From NCBI GenBank assembly GCA_024641125.1, contig JAHEDQ010000003.1:1-56545 (forward strand): a DNA stretch of 56,545 nt. The letters are read 5' to 3'. The translations under genes and the position numbers were made by a program. The notes under the pieces are model-generated. The model did no database searches. It was given only the letters and a program-made list of their open reading frames with translations, and was not told the DNA's origin. Source of the stretch: Candidatus Competibacteraceae bacterium (lineage in GTDB: Bacteria; Pseudomonadota; Gammaproteobacteria; Competibacterales; JAHEDQ01). This document shows positions 45,857-54,245 of the stretch, one piece after another (within the stretch, counting starts at the first letter, position 1; every line of letters starts with the position of its first letter).

Positions 45857-46747
45857 TCAGTCCTCGTCTACCCGAGCGACCTGCTCCAGTCGCGCGATCA
45901 GGCACGACGTGTCCCAGCGCCCGGCGCCCCGGGACTGCAGATCGGCGTAGAACTGATCCAACAGGGCCGTGATGGGCAGGCTGGCGCCGTTGGTGCGGGC
46001 CTCTGTGAGGCATATACCCAGATCCTTGCGCATCCAGTCCACCGCGAAACCGAAATCGAACACACCGTCCACCATGGTGTCGGCCCGGTTCTCCATTTGC
46101 CAGGACTGAGCCGCGCCCTTGGAGATCACCGCCATTGCCGCTTTGGCATCCAAACCGGCACGCTTGGCGAAATGCAGGCCCTCGGCCAGGCCCTGAACCA
46201 CCCCGGCAACACAGATCTGATTGACCATCTTGGTCAGTTGCCCGCTTCCCGACGGCCCCATCAACTGAACCCGCTGGGCAAACGCATCGATTACCGGCTG
46301 AGCCCGCTCGAACGGGCCCTCATTGCCCCCGACCATCACCGTCAAGACGCCGTTCTCGGCGCCGGCCTGGCCTCCGGATACAGGTGCGTCCAAAAAGTGC
46401 GTTCCCCGCCCCTCGGCGGCCGCCTGCAGCTCACGGGCGACTTCCGCCGACGCGGTGGTGTGATCAACGAACACCGTGTCCGGGCCCATACTTTGGAAAG
46501 CACCCTCGGGGCCGAGGGTGACCGCGCGCAGATCCGCGTCATTACCGACGCAGGCGAACACGAACTCAGCGTCAGCCGCGGCCAGGGCCGGGGTTGCCGC
46601 CGACCGGCCGCCATACTGGTCAACCCACCGCTCGGCTTTGGCCGCGGTCCGATTGTAGACCGTCACCGAATGACCGGCACCGGCCAAATGGCCCGCCATG
46701 GGATAGCCCATGACACCCAAACCAATGAATGCGACGTGGTGGCTCAT
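45857..46747 (-). CDS. NAD(P)-dependent 3-hydroxyisobutyrate/6-phosphogluconate-type dehydrogenase
   Basis: The track ORF extends to 46771. I prefer the ATG at 46747 (MSHHVAFIGLGVMGYPMAGHL), which lies 5 nt after the NUDIX stop. Confidence 0.75.
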   Translation of the reverse strand: MSHHVAFIGLGVMGYPMAGHLAGAGHSVTVYNRTAAKAERWVDQYGGRSAATPALAAADAEFVFACVGNDADLRAVTLGPEGAFQSMGPDTVFVDHTTASAEVARELQAAAEGRGTHFLDAPVSGGQAGAENGVLTVMVGGNEGPFERAQPVIDAFAQRVQLMGPSGSGQLTKMVNQICVAGVVQGLAEGLHFAKRAGLDAKAAMAVISKGAAQSWQMENRADTMVDGVFDFGFAVDWMRKDLGICLTEARTNGASLPITALLDQFYADLQSRGAGRWDTSCLIARLEQVARVDED

Positions 46748-46752
46748 GGAGA

Positions 46753-47289
46753 TCAAGTTCCTCGTTGGCATCGACCCCGTATGACACGCCAGTAGCGATC
46801 GAGAGCCTGACGGCTGTCCGGAGTCAGGGGTTGAAATTCACCGGCCAATACCGCGTCCGGCGAACAGAAGAAGCCGTCGGCTACCTCCTCCGGTTGGAGC
46901 ACGAATGGGCCATCGTGTCGGCACAGATAAGCCCGCCCAAAAATCCGGTTCGACGGGTCCTCGAAGTACAGATCGAACAGCGTTTGCAGCGGCGCCTGTA
47001 TGCCGAGTTCTTCGCCGAGTTCACGGGCGGCCGACTGCTCATAACTCTCATCCGCCACCAATACGCCCCCCGCAGCGGCGTCGTAGTAGCCCGGATACAT
47101 GTCCTTGCTCAGCGTGCGCTGTTGCAGGAACAGTTCATCCCGTTGGTTGAGCACGAGGATGTAGCTTGCCCGGTAGGCGTGGCCACCGGCGCGCATATCG
47201 CGGCGCGGCACGGTGGCGATGAGACGATTTTCGCGATCAACGATCTGCACCATTTCATCGGCGGGAGACCCAGGTTGTGAACCGCTCAT
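46753..47289 (-). CDS. NUDIX hydrolase
   Basis: The ATG at 47289 overlaps the upstream stop (ATGA). Nudix box GGVLVADESYEQSAARELGEELG. Confidence 0.75.
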   Translation of the reverse strand: MSGSQPGSPADEMVQIVDRENRLIATVPRRDMRAGGHAYRASYILVLNQRDELFLQQRTLSKDMYPGYYDAAAGGVLVADESYEQSAARELGEELGIQAPLQTLFDLYFEDPSNRIFGRAYLCRHDGPFVLQPEEVADGFFCSPDAVLAGEFQPLTPDSRQALDRYWRVIRGRCQRGT

Positions 47290-48179
47290 GCCGGCCTCTC
47301 CCCGCAAACCGGGAAGCTGCCGGCCAAAGCACGGGCAACGGCCTCGGGTCGTTCCATATGCACATGGTGTCCCCCATCCACATGGTGGATCTGCAGAGAC
47401 GGTGTGCAGGCGCAGCGGGCGGCCATCTGCGGACGATCCACCAGATAACCACGGCGCGCCAGGACCAACTGCACCGGGCACAGCACACGGGCGAGATAGG
47501 CAGCAACCTGATCTTCGCTGAAATAGAATGGCGAACGAACCCGCAACTTGGGATCACTGCGCCAAGCGAAGCCGCCTCGGTTCGGCCGCAGGCTCCTCGC
47601 CACCAGCAATCTCGCGTCCTCCAGCCGCAGATCACCAGCCCGGCTACGCGCCAGCGCAGCGGTTTCGATATCCGGGTATTGATGGGATACCCGACCGGGT
47701 AAAGCCAGCATCCGGGTGACCGATTCCGCCGCCTGAGCCGGGCCGTCTTCGGGCTTGGCGGTCAGCGGGCCGTAGCCGTCAATCAACCCCAGGCTCAGCA
47801 CCCGATCAGGGATCAGCGCGGCAACGAACAGCGCCACCGAGGCGCCCAGTGAATGACCCAGTATATGAAAGCGGCCCCAGCCCAAGGCATTCGCGGCGGC
47901 CACCACGTCCTGAACGTGGTCGAGAAAATGGTAGTGAGTGCCGGGCGGGCGGTGTGCGGACTGTCCGTGCCCGGCCAGATCCATGGCGATGAGTCGGCGG
48001 CCCTGAAAAAACGGAGCCAGCGGGACAAAACTGGCAGCGTTGTCCAACCACCCGTGCAGCGCCAACACCGGCGTCTGGTCTGGCGCGCCCCAGGCCAGGG
48101 CCGACAGATCCAGATAGGCTGTTTCGAGCACCAGGGAGCCCGGGGCAACGACTTCAATCGCTTTTGAAGTCAGCCTCAT
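47286..48179 (-). CDS. alpha/beta-fold hydrolase
   Basis: The ATG at 48179 overlaps the methyltransferase stop (ATGA). Contains HGWLDNAASF and the nucleophile elbow GHSLGA. Confidence 0.75.
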   Translation of the reverse strand: MRLTSKAIEVVAPGSLVLETAYLDLSALAWGAPDQTPVLALHGWLDNAASFVPLAPFFQGRRLIAMDLAGHGQSAHRPPGTHYHFLDHVQDVVAAANALGWGRFHILGHSLGASVALFVAALIPDRVLSLGLIDGYGPLTAKPEDGPAQAAESVTRMLALPGRVSHQYPDIETAALARSRAGDLRLEDARLLVARSLRPNRGGFAWRSDPKLRVRSPFYFSEDQVAAYLARVLCPVQLVLARRGYLVDRPQMAARCACTPSLQIHHVDGGHHVHMERPEAVARALAGSFPVCGERPA

Positions 48180-48844
48180 TGCGGCGTCGCCACGCCCCAG
48201 GAGTTGAACGCGAGCGGCCTGAACCAGCCGGCCATTCCAGGGAAATATCCCTGCTCCAACCGATCGATCCGAAAACCGCTTTCCCGCAACATTTCCGGCA
48301 CATTCCGGTTCAAATGACAGCCCCCGGCAATCGCCCGCCACGGTGGCGTCAGCCGGTGCTGCCAACCCTGCACACTGGGCTCGGGTGCCAGTCCGTGCTC
48401 GCTGAACAAAAGCCGGCCGCCGGGTTTGATCACGCGGCGCATCTCGCCCAAGGCCTGTGTCACATCCGGAATGCTGCACAAGGTGTACGTCACCAGAACG
48501 GTATCGATACTGTCGGTCTCCATGGGAATCTCTTCCCCGGAACATCCGATGAGTTCCACGTCCAGATCCAATCCCGCGATCCGCGCCAGCGCTCTGCCCT
48601 GCATCTCCACTCCGGGGTCCAGTCCCCACAAACGCTCGATCCGATCCACAGCGTAATAAGGCAGATTGAGCCCGGTGCCAAACCCAACTTCCAGGACCCT
48701 TCCCGTGGCTAAAGGCACGACGGCACGCCGGTACTGTTCCAATACGGGCAGGGCGCACACCCGATCCAGCACGGCTGGCATCACAACCCTCCGATACAGA
48801 CTCAAACCACGCCACCCCGTTGAGTTCGAATCATCCGCACACAC
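48176..48844 (-). CDS. class I SAM-dependent methyltransferase
   Basis: 222-aa ORF with a GTG start. SAM motif VLEVGFGTGLN, and RVIKPGGRLLF. Confidence 0.75.
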   Translation of the reverse strand: MCADDSNSTGWRGLSLYRRVVMPAVLDRVCALPVLEQYRRAVVPLATGRVLEVGFGTGLNLPYYAVDRIERLWGLDPGVEMQGRALARIAGLDLDVELIGCSGEEIPMETDSIDTVLVTYTLCSIPDVTQALGEMRRVIKPGGRLLFSEHGLAPEPSVQGWQHRLTPPWRAIAGGCHLNRNVPEMLRESGFRIDRLEQGYFPGMAGWFRPLAFNSWGVATPQ

Positions 48845-48849
48845 CCGAA

Positions 48850-49227
48850 CTGCAATCCACTCGGGTCTGCGGGCGAGAATACATCAGAGCCGTCCAGGGC
48901 ACACGGTGGGGATTGGCCCAACCGTCTGAAAAAGCCGATCCACGGCTGCATGTCCTGCTCAATGTCATTGGCGATCCGGTTCGCCAGTTCCGGTCTGCAG
49001 ATGATCAAACCGGTCTCGAAATTCAGGTAGACAGAGCGAAGATTGAGATTGAATGACCCAGCGAAGACGCCCTAACTACCGTAGACGATCGACTTCGCAT
49101 TCAGACCAGTGAGCGTGTACCGTTCGCACCGAAATGGATGCCCATAAGCCGCAGGCTCGCCGCGGTATCGAATCGGAACTGACACAGTGCTACGCCACTC
49201 TCGAGCATTTTGCGACGACATCTGGCC
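48850..49227 (-). pseudogene. remnant of a phospholipase D / cardiolipin-synthase family gene (second HKD motif decayed)
   Basis: The minus strand reads ..YTLTGLNAKSIVYGS*GVFAGSFNLNLRSVYLNFETGLIICRPELANRIANDIEQDM.. This matches the family pattern LHAK..VVDG...VGS.NLD.RS..LN.E..L.I, but with His changed to Asn (49099-49101) and an in-frame TAG (49072-49074). Upstream residues need frameshifts. The 5' side is cut by MITE copy D. Confidence 0.55.
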
Positions 49228-49396
49228 CAGGGAACCTCTGTTCTGAAAGTGAAACTGCATCTTGGGCCGGAACTGCACAGCTTCATCGTTGCAGATCTTG
49301 GCAATAGAACAGCAATTACCCGCGATCTGCGCCTTGAATGTCCATATTTCACCCTCCAATCTGCTTCGCCCAGAAAAAAATCAGAGGCTCCCTGGG
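49228..49396 (+). mobile_element. MITE-like hairpin element, copy D (full length)
   Basis: CAGGGAACCTCTG...GCATCTTGGGCCGGAACTGCACAGCTTCATCGTTGCAGATCTTGGCAATAG...CGCGATCTGCGCCTTGAATG...TTTCACCCTCCAATCTGCTTCGCCCAG...ATCAGAGGCTCCCTGG. Confidence 0.8.
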
Positions 49397-49601
49397 CATG
49401 ATTGGTGGTGAGGTCATTGGATGCCAATGGATTGTGCGAAGCCCGGAATCAGAGCCACTTTGCCACCGACCTGGTCAACATCATCACCCCGCTGCCCCAT
49501 CCTGACTGGTTGGGTTGTTGGCGCGCCGGGTTTTCTTTTCCACTCTCCGCCCCCAACACCGATTCGTGCTTGCGGGCACTTGGATGGAACCACGTTGACC
49601 C

Positions 49602-50372
49602 GTGATGAGCATCTTGATTCAACACATCAGCAACGTGATTTGTGTGATCAGGTCAAGGCTTGCCAAGTTGTTGGCTTGGAAACGCCAGCATGACCTGAAC
49701 CTTCTTTGGGAGCAGTCGTCGCGTCGGATACACGAGCCAAGCCGCAGTCTCAAAGGACGTGGCAGCAACGCGACTGGGGTGGTTTGCGACGTGGGCCGAT
49801 ACACTGAAGTTGCCCAGGCGGTTGATCGATGCCATGAAGCGTTCGGCGGTTTGGACATCCTGGTCAACAACGCCGGTGTCATAGAGCCCATCGCGCATCT
49901 TGCAGACTCCGATCCGGAACAATGGGGACGTGTCGCGGATGTGAACTACAAGGGCGTCTACCACGGGCTTAGAGCGGCCATACCGGTCATGCTGGCACAA
50001 GGATCGGGCGTTATCGTCAATATCAGTTCTGGCGCCGCCACCGGTGCACTGGAAGGCTGGAGCCACTACTGCTCAAGCAAAGCCGCGGCACTCTCACTCA
50101 CCCGCTGCGCCGACAAGGAGTACCGCGCCCACGGCATCCGGGTACTCGGACTCAGCCCCGGTACCGTTGCCACCGACATGCAGATCGCCATCAACGAATC
50201 CGGTATCAACCCGGTCAGCCAACTCGATCCGTCGGTCCACATCTCGGCCGTTTTGGCGGCCCGGGCTGTGGCATGGCTGTGCACCGCGGCGGCGGCCAAG
50301 TTCGCTGGCACCGGTTTGTCACTCAGGGACGAGGATGTCCGCAGGAAAGTCGGACTGATCGCAGACGCATGA
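49602..50372 (+). CDS. SDR-family oxidoreductase whose N-terminal cofactor-binding glycine motif is missing (possibly decaying)
   Basis: 256-aa ORF. It has NNAG, the S..YxxxK catalytic context (SSGAA..YCSSKAA) and an SDR C-terminus. However, where TGxxxGxG is expected it reads LIQHISNVICVIRSRLAKLLA. Confidence 0.55.
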   Translation: MMSILIQHISNVICVIRSRLAKLLAWKRQHDLNLLWEQSSRRIHEPSRSLKGRGSNATGVVCDVGRYTEVAQAVDRCHEAFGGLDILVNNAGVIEPIAHLADSDPEQWGRVADVNYKGVYHGLRAAIPVMLAQGSGVIVNISSGAATGALEGWSHYCSSKAAALSLTRCADKEYRAHGIRVLGLSPGTVATDMQIAINESGINPVSQLDPSVHISAVLAARAVAWLCTAAAAKFAGTGLSLRDEDVRRKVGLIADA

Positions 50373-50689
50373 AAATCCCAGTGTCCCATCCCACAAGTTC
50401 GTTGCATCTCAGCAGGGCGATAAGTGCCCGGTCCCCAGGCGGGCGGGCGCAGGACTGTACGGCGTTCATTCAAGCGCGCCCAACATCGCGCGGGTGGGTG
50501 CTTATCGCCTTGCCCGTTGAGAGCGCCCCAGATCCACCACTGCAAGCCGCGGTTACGAAGGCACGGCAGGCACTGTCAATCATCGAAAAGGGCGCCGCGA
50601 CGAAATGAGGATGCGCAGCGGACAGTACCGTACAATACGAGGCATCCGGGGGCGCTCTGCCCTTCCCGGCCCAATACGAGAAAGGTTTC

Positions 50690-51667
50690 ATGGCAAAGGC
50701 AATTCGATTCCACACGACCGGCGGCGCAGAGGTTCTGAGTTGGGAGGAGGTGCCGATAGCCCCACCAGCGGCCCATGAAGCACAGGTGCGCCATACGGCG
50801 GTCGGTTTGAACTTTATCGACGTCTATCACCGCAGCGGTGTGTATCCGGTTGCCGCTCTGCCCAGCGGCATTGGCCTGGAAGCCGCCGGCGTCGTGGAGG
50901 CGTTGGGAGCGGATGTTACCGGGCTGACGGTGGGCGACCGGGTGGCCTATGCCAGCCCACCTCTGGGTGCTTACTCCGAAGTGCGATGCATCGCTGCGGA
51001 CCGTCTGGTGAAACTGCCCGACGACATAGATGATCAGACCGCCGCTGCCATGATGCTGAAAGGCATGACCGCTCAATATCTGCTGCGTCAGACTTATCGG
51101 GTGGAGGCCGGCGACACGGTTTTGATGCATGCTGCCGCAGGTGGTGTCGGACTGGTGCTATGCCAATGGGCAAAACACCTGGGGGCGACTGTCATCGGCA
51201 CGGTGGGAAGCGACGAAAAAGCAGCTTTGGCGCGGGACCATGGGTGTGACCACACCATTGTGTACACCCGGGAGGACTTCGGCGAGCGGGTGAGGGAACT
51301 GACTGACGGCACCGGCGTGCAGGTTGTGTATGACGGGATCGGCAAAGACACCTTTTTCGGTTCGCTGGACTGCCTGACCCGGCGTGGCATGATGGTGAGC
51401 TTTGGAAACGCGTCGGGCCAGGCACCCCCGATCACTCCGGCGGAGCTGGGGAAGCGGGGATCCCTGTTCCTGACCCGACCCTCGATAATGGACTACACGG
51501 TCACCCGGGAGGAGACTGAGCGGGCCGCGACGGATTTGTTCCAGGTGGTGCAGGCAGGAGCTGTAAGCATCAATATCAAACAAACCTACCCGCTGGCCAA
51601 TGCCGCAGACGCACACCGGGATCTCGAGACCCGTCAGACGGTGGGCTCCACCGTACTGCTGCCCTGA
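50690..51667 (+). CDS. qor: NADPH:quinone oxidoreductase (zeta-crystallin type MDR)
   Basis: 325-aa ORF. MAKAIRFHTTGGAEVL, GLNFIDVYHRSGVYP, AAGGVGL. Confidence 0.85.
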   Translation: MAKAIRFHTTGGAEVLSWEEVPIAPPAAHEAQVRHTAVGLNFIDVYHRSGVYPVAALPSGIGLEAAGVVEALGADVTGLTVGDRVAYASPPLGAYSEVRCIAADRLVKLPDDIDDQTAAAMMLKGMTAQYLLRQTYRVEAGDTVLMHAAAGGVGLVLCQWAKHLGATVIGTVGSDEKAALARDHGCDHTIVYTREDFGERVRELTDGTGVQVVYDGIGKDTFFGSLDCLTRRGMMVSFGNASGQAPPITPAELGKRGSLFLTRPSIMDYTVTREETERAATDLFQVVQAGAVSINIKQTYPLANAADAHRDLETRQTVGSTVLLP

Positions 51668-51805
51668 CGGTTGTTCTGCGGGGGCAGTGCCGGATGAGAT
51701 GCCCCGAACGAATTACCCGGAGTCAGATACCGACTGCACAGCGCACTTAAACGCAACGACAGTCAGCCCCCGATCTGAGATGTCAGGATGCAGCCAACCC
51801 GTGGC

Positions 51806-52246
51806 TCAGCGGGTGAAATGCTGCTTCAGACGTTCCAGCTTCGCGTCGGTGACCGCCTCGCGCCGGGGATTTTTTCTGGACTTGCCGCGGCCGCCAACCG
51901 CCTTGGCCACCGTCTGCCGGGCGAGTTCCGCCTGATCGGCGGTTACCTCACCGTTTGGTTGTCCGTCCAGACTGACCCGCGCACCCCCGCCGGCCAAGGC
52001 CTTTTGATAAGCGATGCCCGAGGTATAGATACGCATCGCACCCGCGATGACGTGACGCGCCTCATCCGGGTAGCAGGCACGTATCTCCTCGTGTACGCCT
52101 ATGCTCAGGGGTACCGGATAGCGACCACCGCCCCGGGCGACAAACGCGTGCGGGTATGCTTCACACAATCGGGCGAGCAATTCCAGCGCCCGTTCCGTTT
52201 TGCGACTGCGCTTCTTCTCTGCATCATCCAAGGTGTTGCGCCCCAT
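51806..52246 (-). CDS. proQ: small FinO/ProQ-domain RNA-binding protein
   Basis: 146-aa ORF. ..ALELLARLCEAYPHAFV......PLSIGVHEEI...EARHVIAGAMRIYTSGIAYQKALAGGGARVSLDGQPNGEVT fits the ProQ/FinO N-terminal domain pattern, followed by a basic tail. Confidence 0.7.
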   Translation of the reverse strand: MGRNTLDDAEKKRSRKTERALELLARLCEAYPHAFVARGGGRYPVPLSIGVHEEIRACYPDEARHVIAGAMRIYTSGIAYQKALAGGGARVSLDGQPNGEVTADQAELARQTVAKAVGGRGKSRKNPRREAVTDAKLERLKQHFTR

Positions 52247-52324
52247 CTTTAGACCCGGCCCGGGTTCATCCTAGGGCCTGATCATACGCTTGCAAGCCGA
52301 TCGATTTGTCTCATCGGCGTTATG

Positions 52325-53740
52325 TTAGTGCATGACCTTTCCTGACGCTGCCGCAGCCTCGCCTGCCCGTCGAATCCGCTCGATCTCCTCAGACACGGGG
52401 AACAACCGCGTTCCGTAGAATCGCTCGGTCCCGCAGTTGATCGATTCTAAACGCAATTCGACCAGGCGCACCGAACCGTCGGCGCATATCTGGCGCCCAG
52501 CCAGGGCTTCAATTCCGCTACCGGGGTCAACTCGCGCGCTCAAGCGCTCCGACAGCGTTTGTACTGAGTGCTCGGTGTAATCGGTTAATTTCGTTCCGAC
52601 CAATTCCCGGAGCGATCGACCTACGGCCTGACAGGCTCTGGGATTGGCGTAAACCAGCGCCAGCCCCTCGACCTCGAATATCATAGTTTCCAGGTCAGTC
52701 TCCGCCATCAACCTTGCCAACTCTTCGCCGGCTCGAACCTGACCTTCCCACAACGTCAAATCCGATACCATGGCCACCGTGCCGATTACCCGGCGCTTTG
52801 CATCACGAAGCAGAGAAAGCGACAAATGTCCGCTGAATCGGTGCCGCGCGTGGTCAACCATGGGCAAAGTGGCTTCATACCAACCCTGCTTCCAGAGGTC
52901 ACGATACACCTCCCCGAGACGCGCTCGGACATTCAAATCGCTGGGATAGATCATGGATAAGTGCTGACCGATAGCGGCCTGGGCGGGCAGGCCGAACAGC
53001 CTTTGCGCGCCTTGATTCCAACTCACCACCCGCTCTTCCAGGTCGCAGACAATGACGGCGCTGTGAATCTGGTCGATGATCTGCGCCTGCTGCCGGGACA
53101 AATCGTCTCCCCGCAGCCGCGTCGTCATATCCCGAGCCTCAAACAGTACCAGCACGACCTCATCGTCCCTGTCGCGTATCGGTTTCAGCGACAAATCCAC
53201 GTGCGCAAGTTGACCATCCCGTCCACGGAGTTCCGCGGCAAACCGGGCCACTTGGCCCTTGACCGCGCCGCGCAGGGCCGTCTGCAACTGGTGTTGGGTA
53301 CGGTCAGAGCCGAACCACCAGTGGGTGCGCCAGAAAGGTCTGCCGACAACATCATCCTGTTCCAGGCCGGCGAAATCGAGCATGGTCTGATTGACCTCGA
53401 TCAAGTGCCCGTCCGGCGCCAGCAGGGCCATATGCTGGAATGCTGAATCAAACGTGGCATGGAATCGACGCTGGCTGTCCAACAAATCACTGTGCGCGTC
53501 CTGCAAGCGCCATGCGCGATGCCGTGCCTGCCTCAGGCGCACCATCGCGATCACCGACAACACCAGAACCACGCCCAGTCCAACAACCCACCATGGCCCC
53601 AGACGAACTGAAGCAAGATAAGCCTCGCCACCCGCCGGCGGCCGAACCAGTGCATACAAAAGACCACTGGCCGCCAGAAACAAAGCCAGAATCGTCAAAA
53701 GGAATAATGCGCCATCCAAGTGGCGGCCATTTTCATGCAT
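52325..53740 (-). CDS. membrane-anchored triple-PAS protein with no recognisable output domain
   Basis: 471-aa ORF with two N-terminal TM segments followed by three PAS-like units (..FHATFDSAFQHMALLAPDGHLIEVNQ.., ..IIDQIHSAVIVCDLEERVVSWNQGAQRLFG.., ..MIFEVEGLALVYANPRACQAVG..). It ends without a kinase, GGDEF or HTH domain. Confidence 0.7.
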   Translation of the reverse strand: MHENGRHLDGALFLLTILALFLAASGLLYALVRPPAGGEAYLASVRLGPWWVVGLGVVLVLSVIAMVRLRQARHRAWRLQDAHSDLLDSQRRFHATFDSAFQHMALLAPDGHLIEVNQTMLDFAGLEQDDVVGRPFWRTHWWFGSDRTQHQLQTALRGAVKGQVARFAAELRGRDGQLAHVDLSLKPIRDRDDEVVLVLFEARDMTTRLRGDDLSRQQAQIIDQIHSAVIVCDLEERVVSWNQGAQRLFGLPAQAAIGQHLSMIYPSDLNVRARLGEVYRDLWKQGWYEATLPMVDHARHRFSGHLSLSLLRDAKRRVIGTVAMVSDLTLWEGQVRAGEELARLMAETDLETMIFEVEGLALVYANPRACQAVGRSLRELVGTKLTDYTEHSVQTLSERLSARVDPGSGIEALAGRQICADGSVRLVELRLESINCGTERFYGTRLFPVSEEIERIRRAGEAAAASGKVMH

Positions 53741-53874
53741 CGGTCTGGCAGACTCCCGTTACGCTGGATCAGCCAAGATATCACTCTACACAGTTTACAA
53801 TTGGGCCCGCCGCCCATCCCGCTCGCGCCGAAGTTTGGATGATCTGGCGACCACAATATAGTCGTTGGGCCCTC

Positions 53875-54042
53875 AAGGGAGCCTCGGATCTATTCGTGAA
53901 CGTGCATCTTGGGATTGAAATGTGCAGATTCAAGGCGCAGATCCTGGGTAATAGTTGTTATATTACCGAGATTTGGAACGATGACGCTGTACGTGTCCCC
54001 CTCCAATCTGCTTCGCCCGGAATGAATCAGCGGCTCCCAAGG
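53875..54042 (+). mobile_element. MITE-like hairpin element, copy E (outer arms oriented as in copy A, central segment inverted)
   Basis: AAGGGAGCCTCGGATCTATTCGTGAACGTGCATCTTGGGATTGAAA | TGTGCAGATTCAAGGCGCAGATCCTGGGTAATAG..ATATTACCGAGATTTGGAACGATGACGCTGTACGTG | TCCCCCTCCAATCTGCTTCGCCCGGAATGAATCAGCGGCTCCCAAGG. Confidence 0.8.
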
Positions 54043-54245
54043 TAACATGACCTTGCGGACAAGAATGCGACTCGGGCCTAAACTGTGCAGCAGATGTATC
54101 TGTTGAGGCCGGCATCACGGCGACCTGTAGCCAAAGGCCCAACGCCGCTCAGTTCGTGCAAAGTATCCGCCGCGATCGCGCAATTGGCTCAGCGCTTAAG
54201 AAACGGACGCCACCCGAACACACTGCCCTGCTCCGACTGGGTTGT

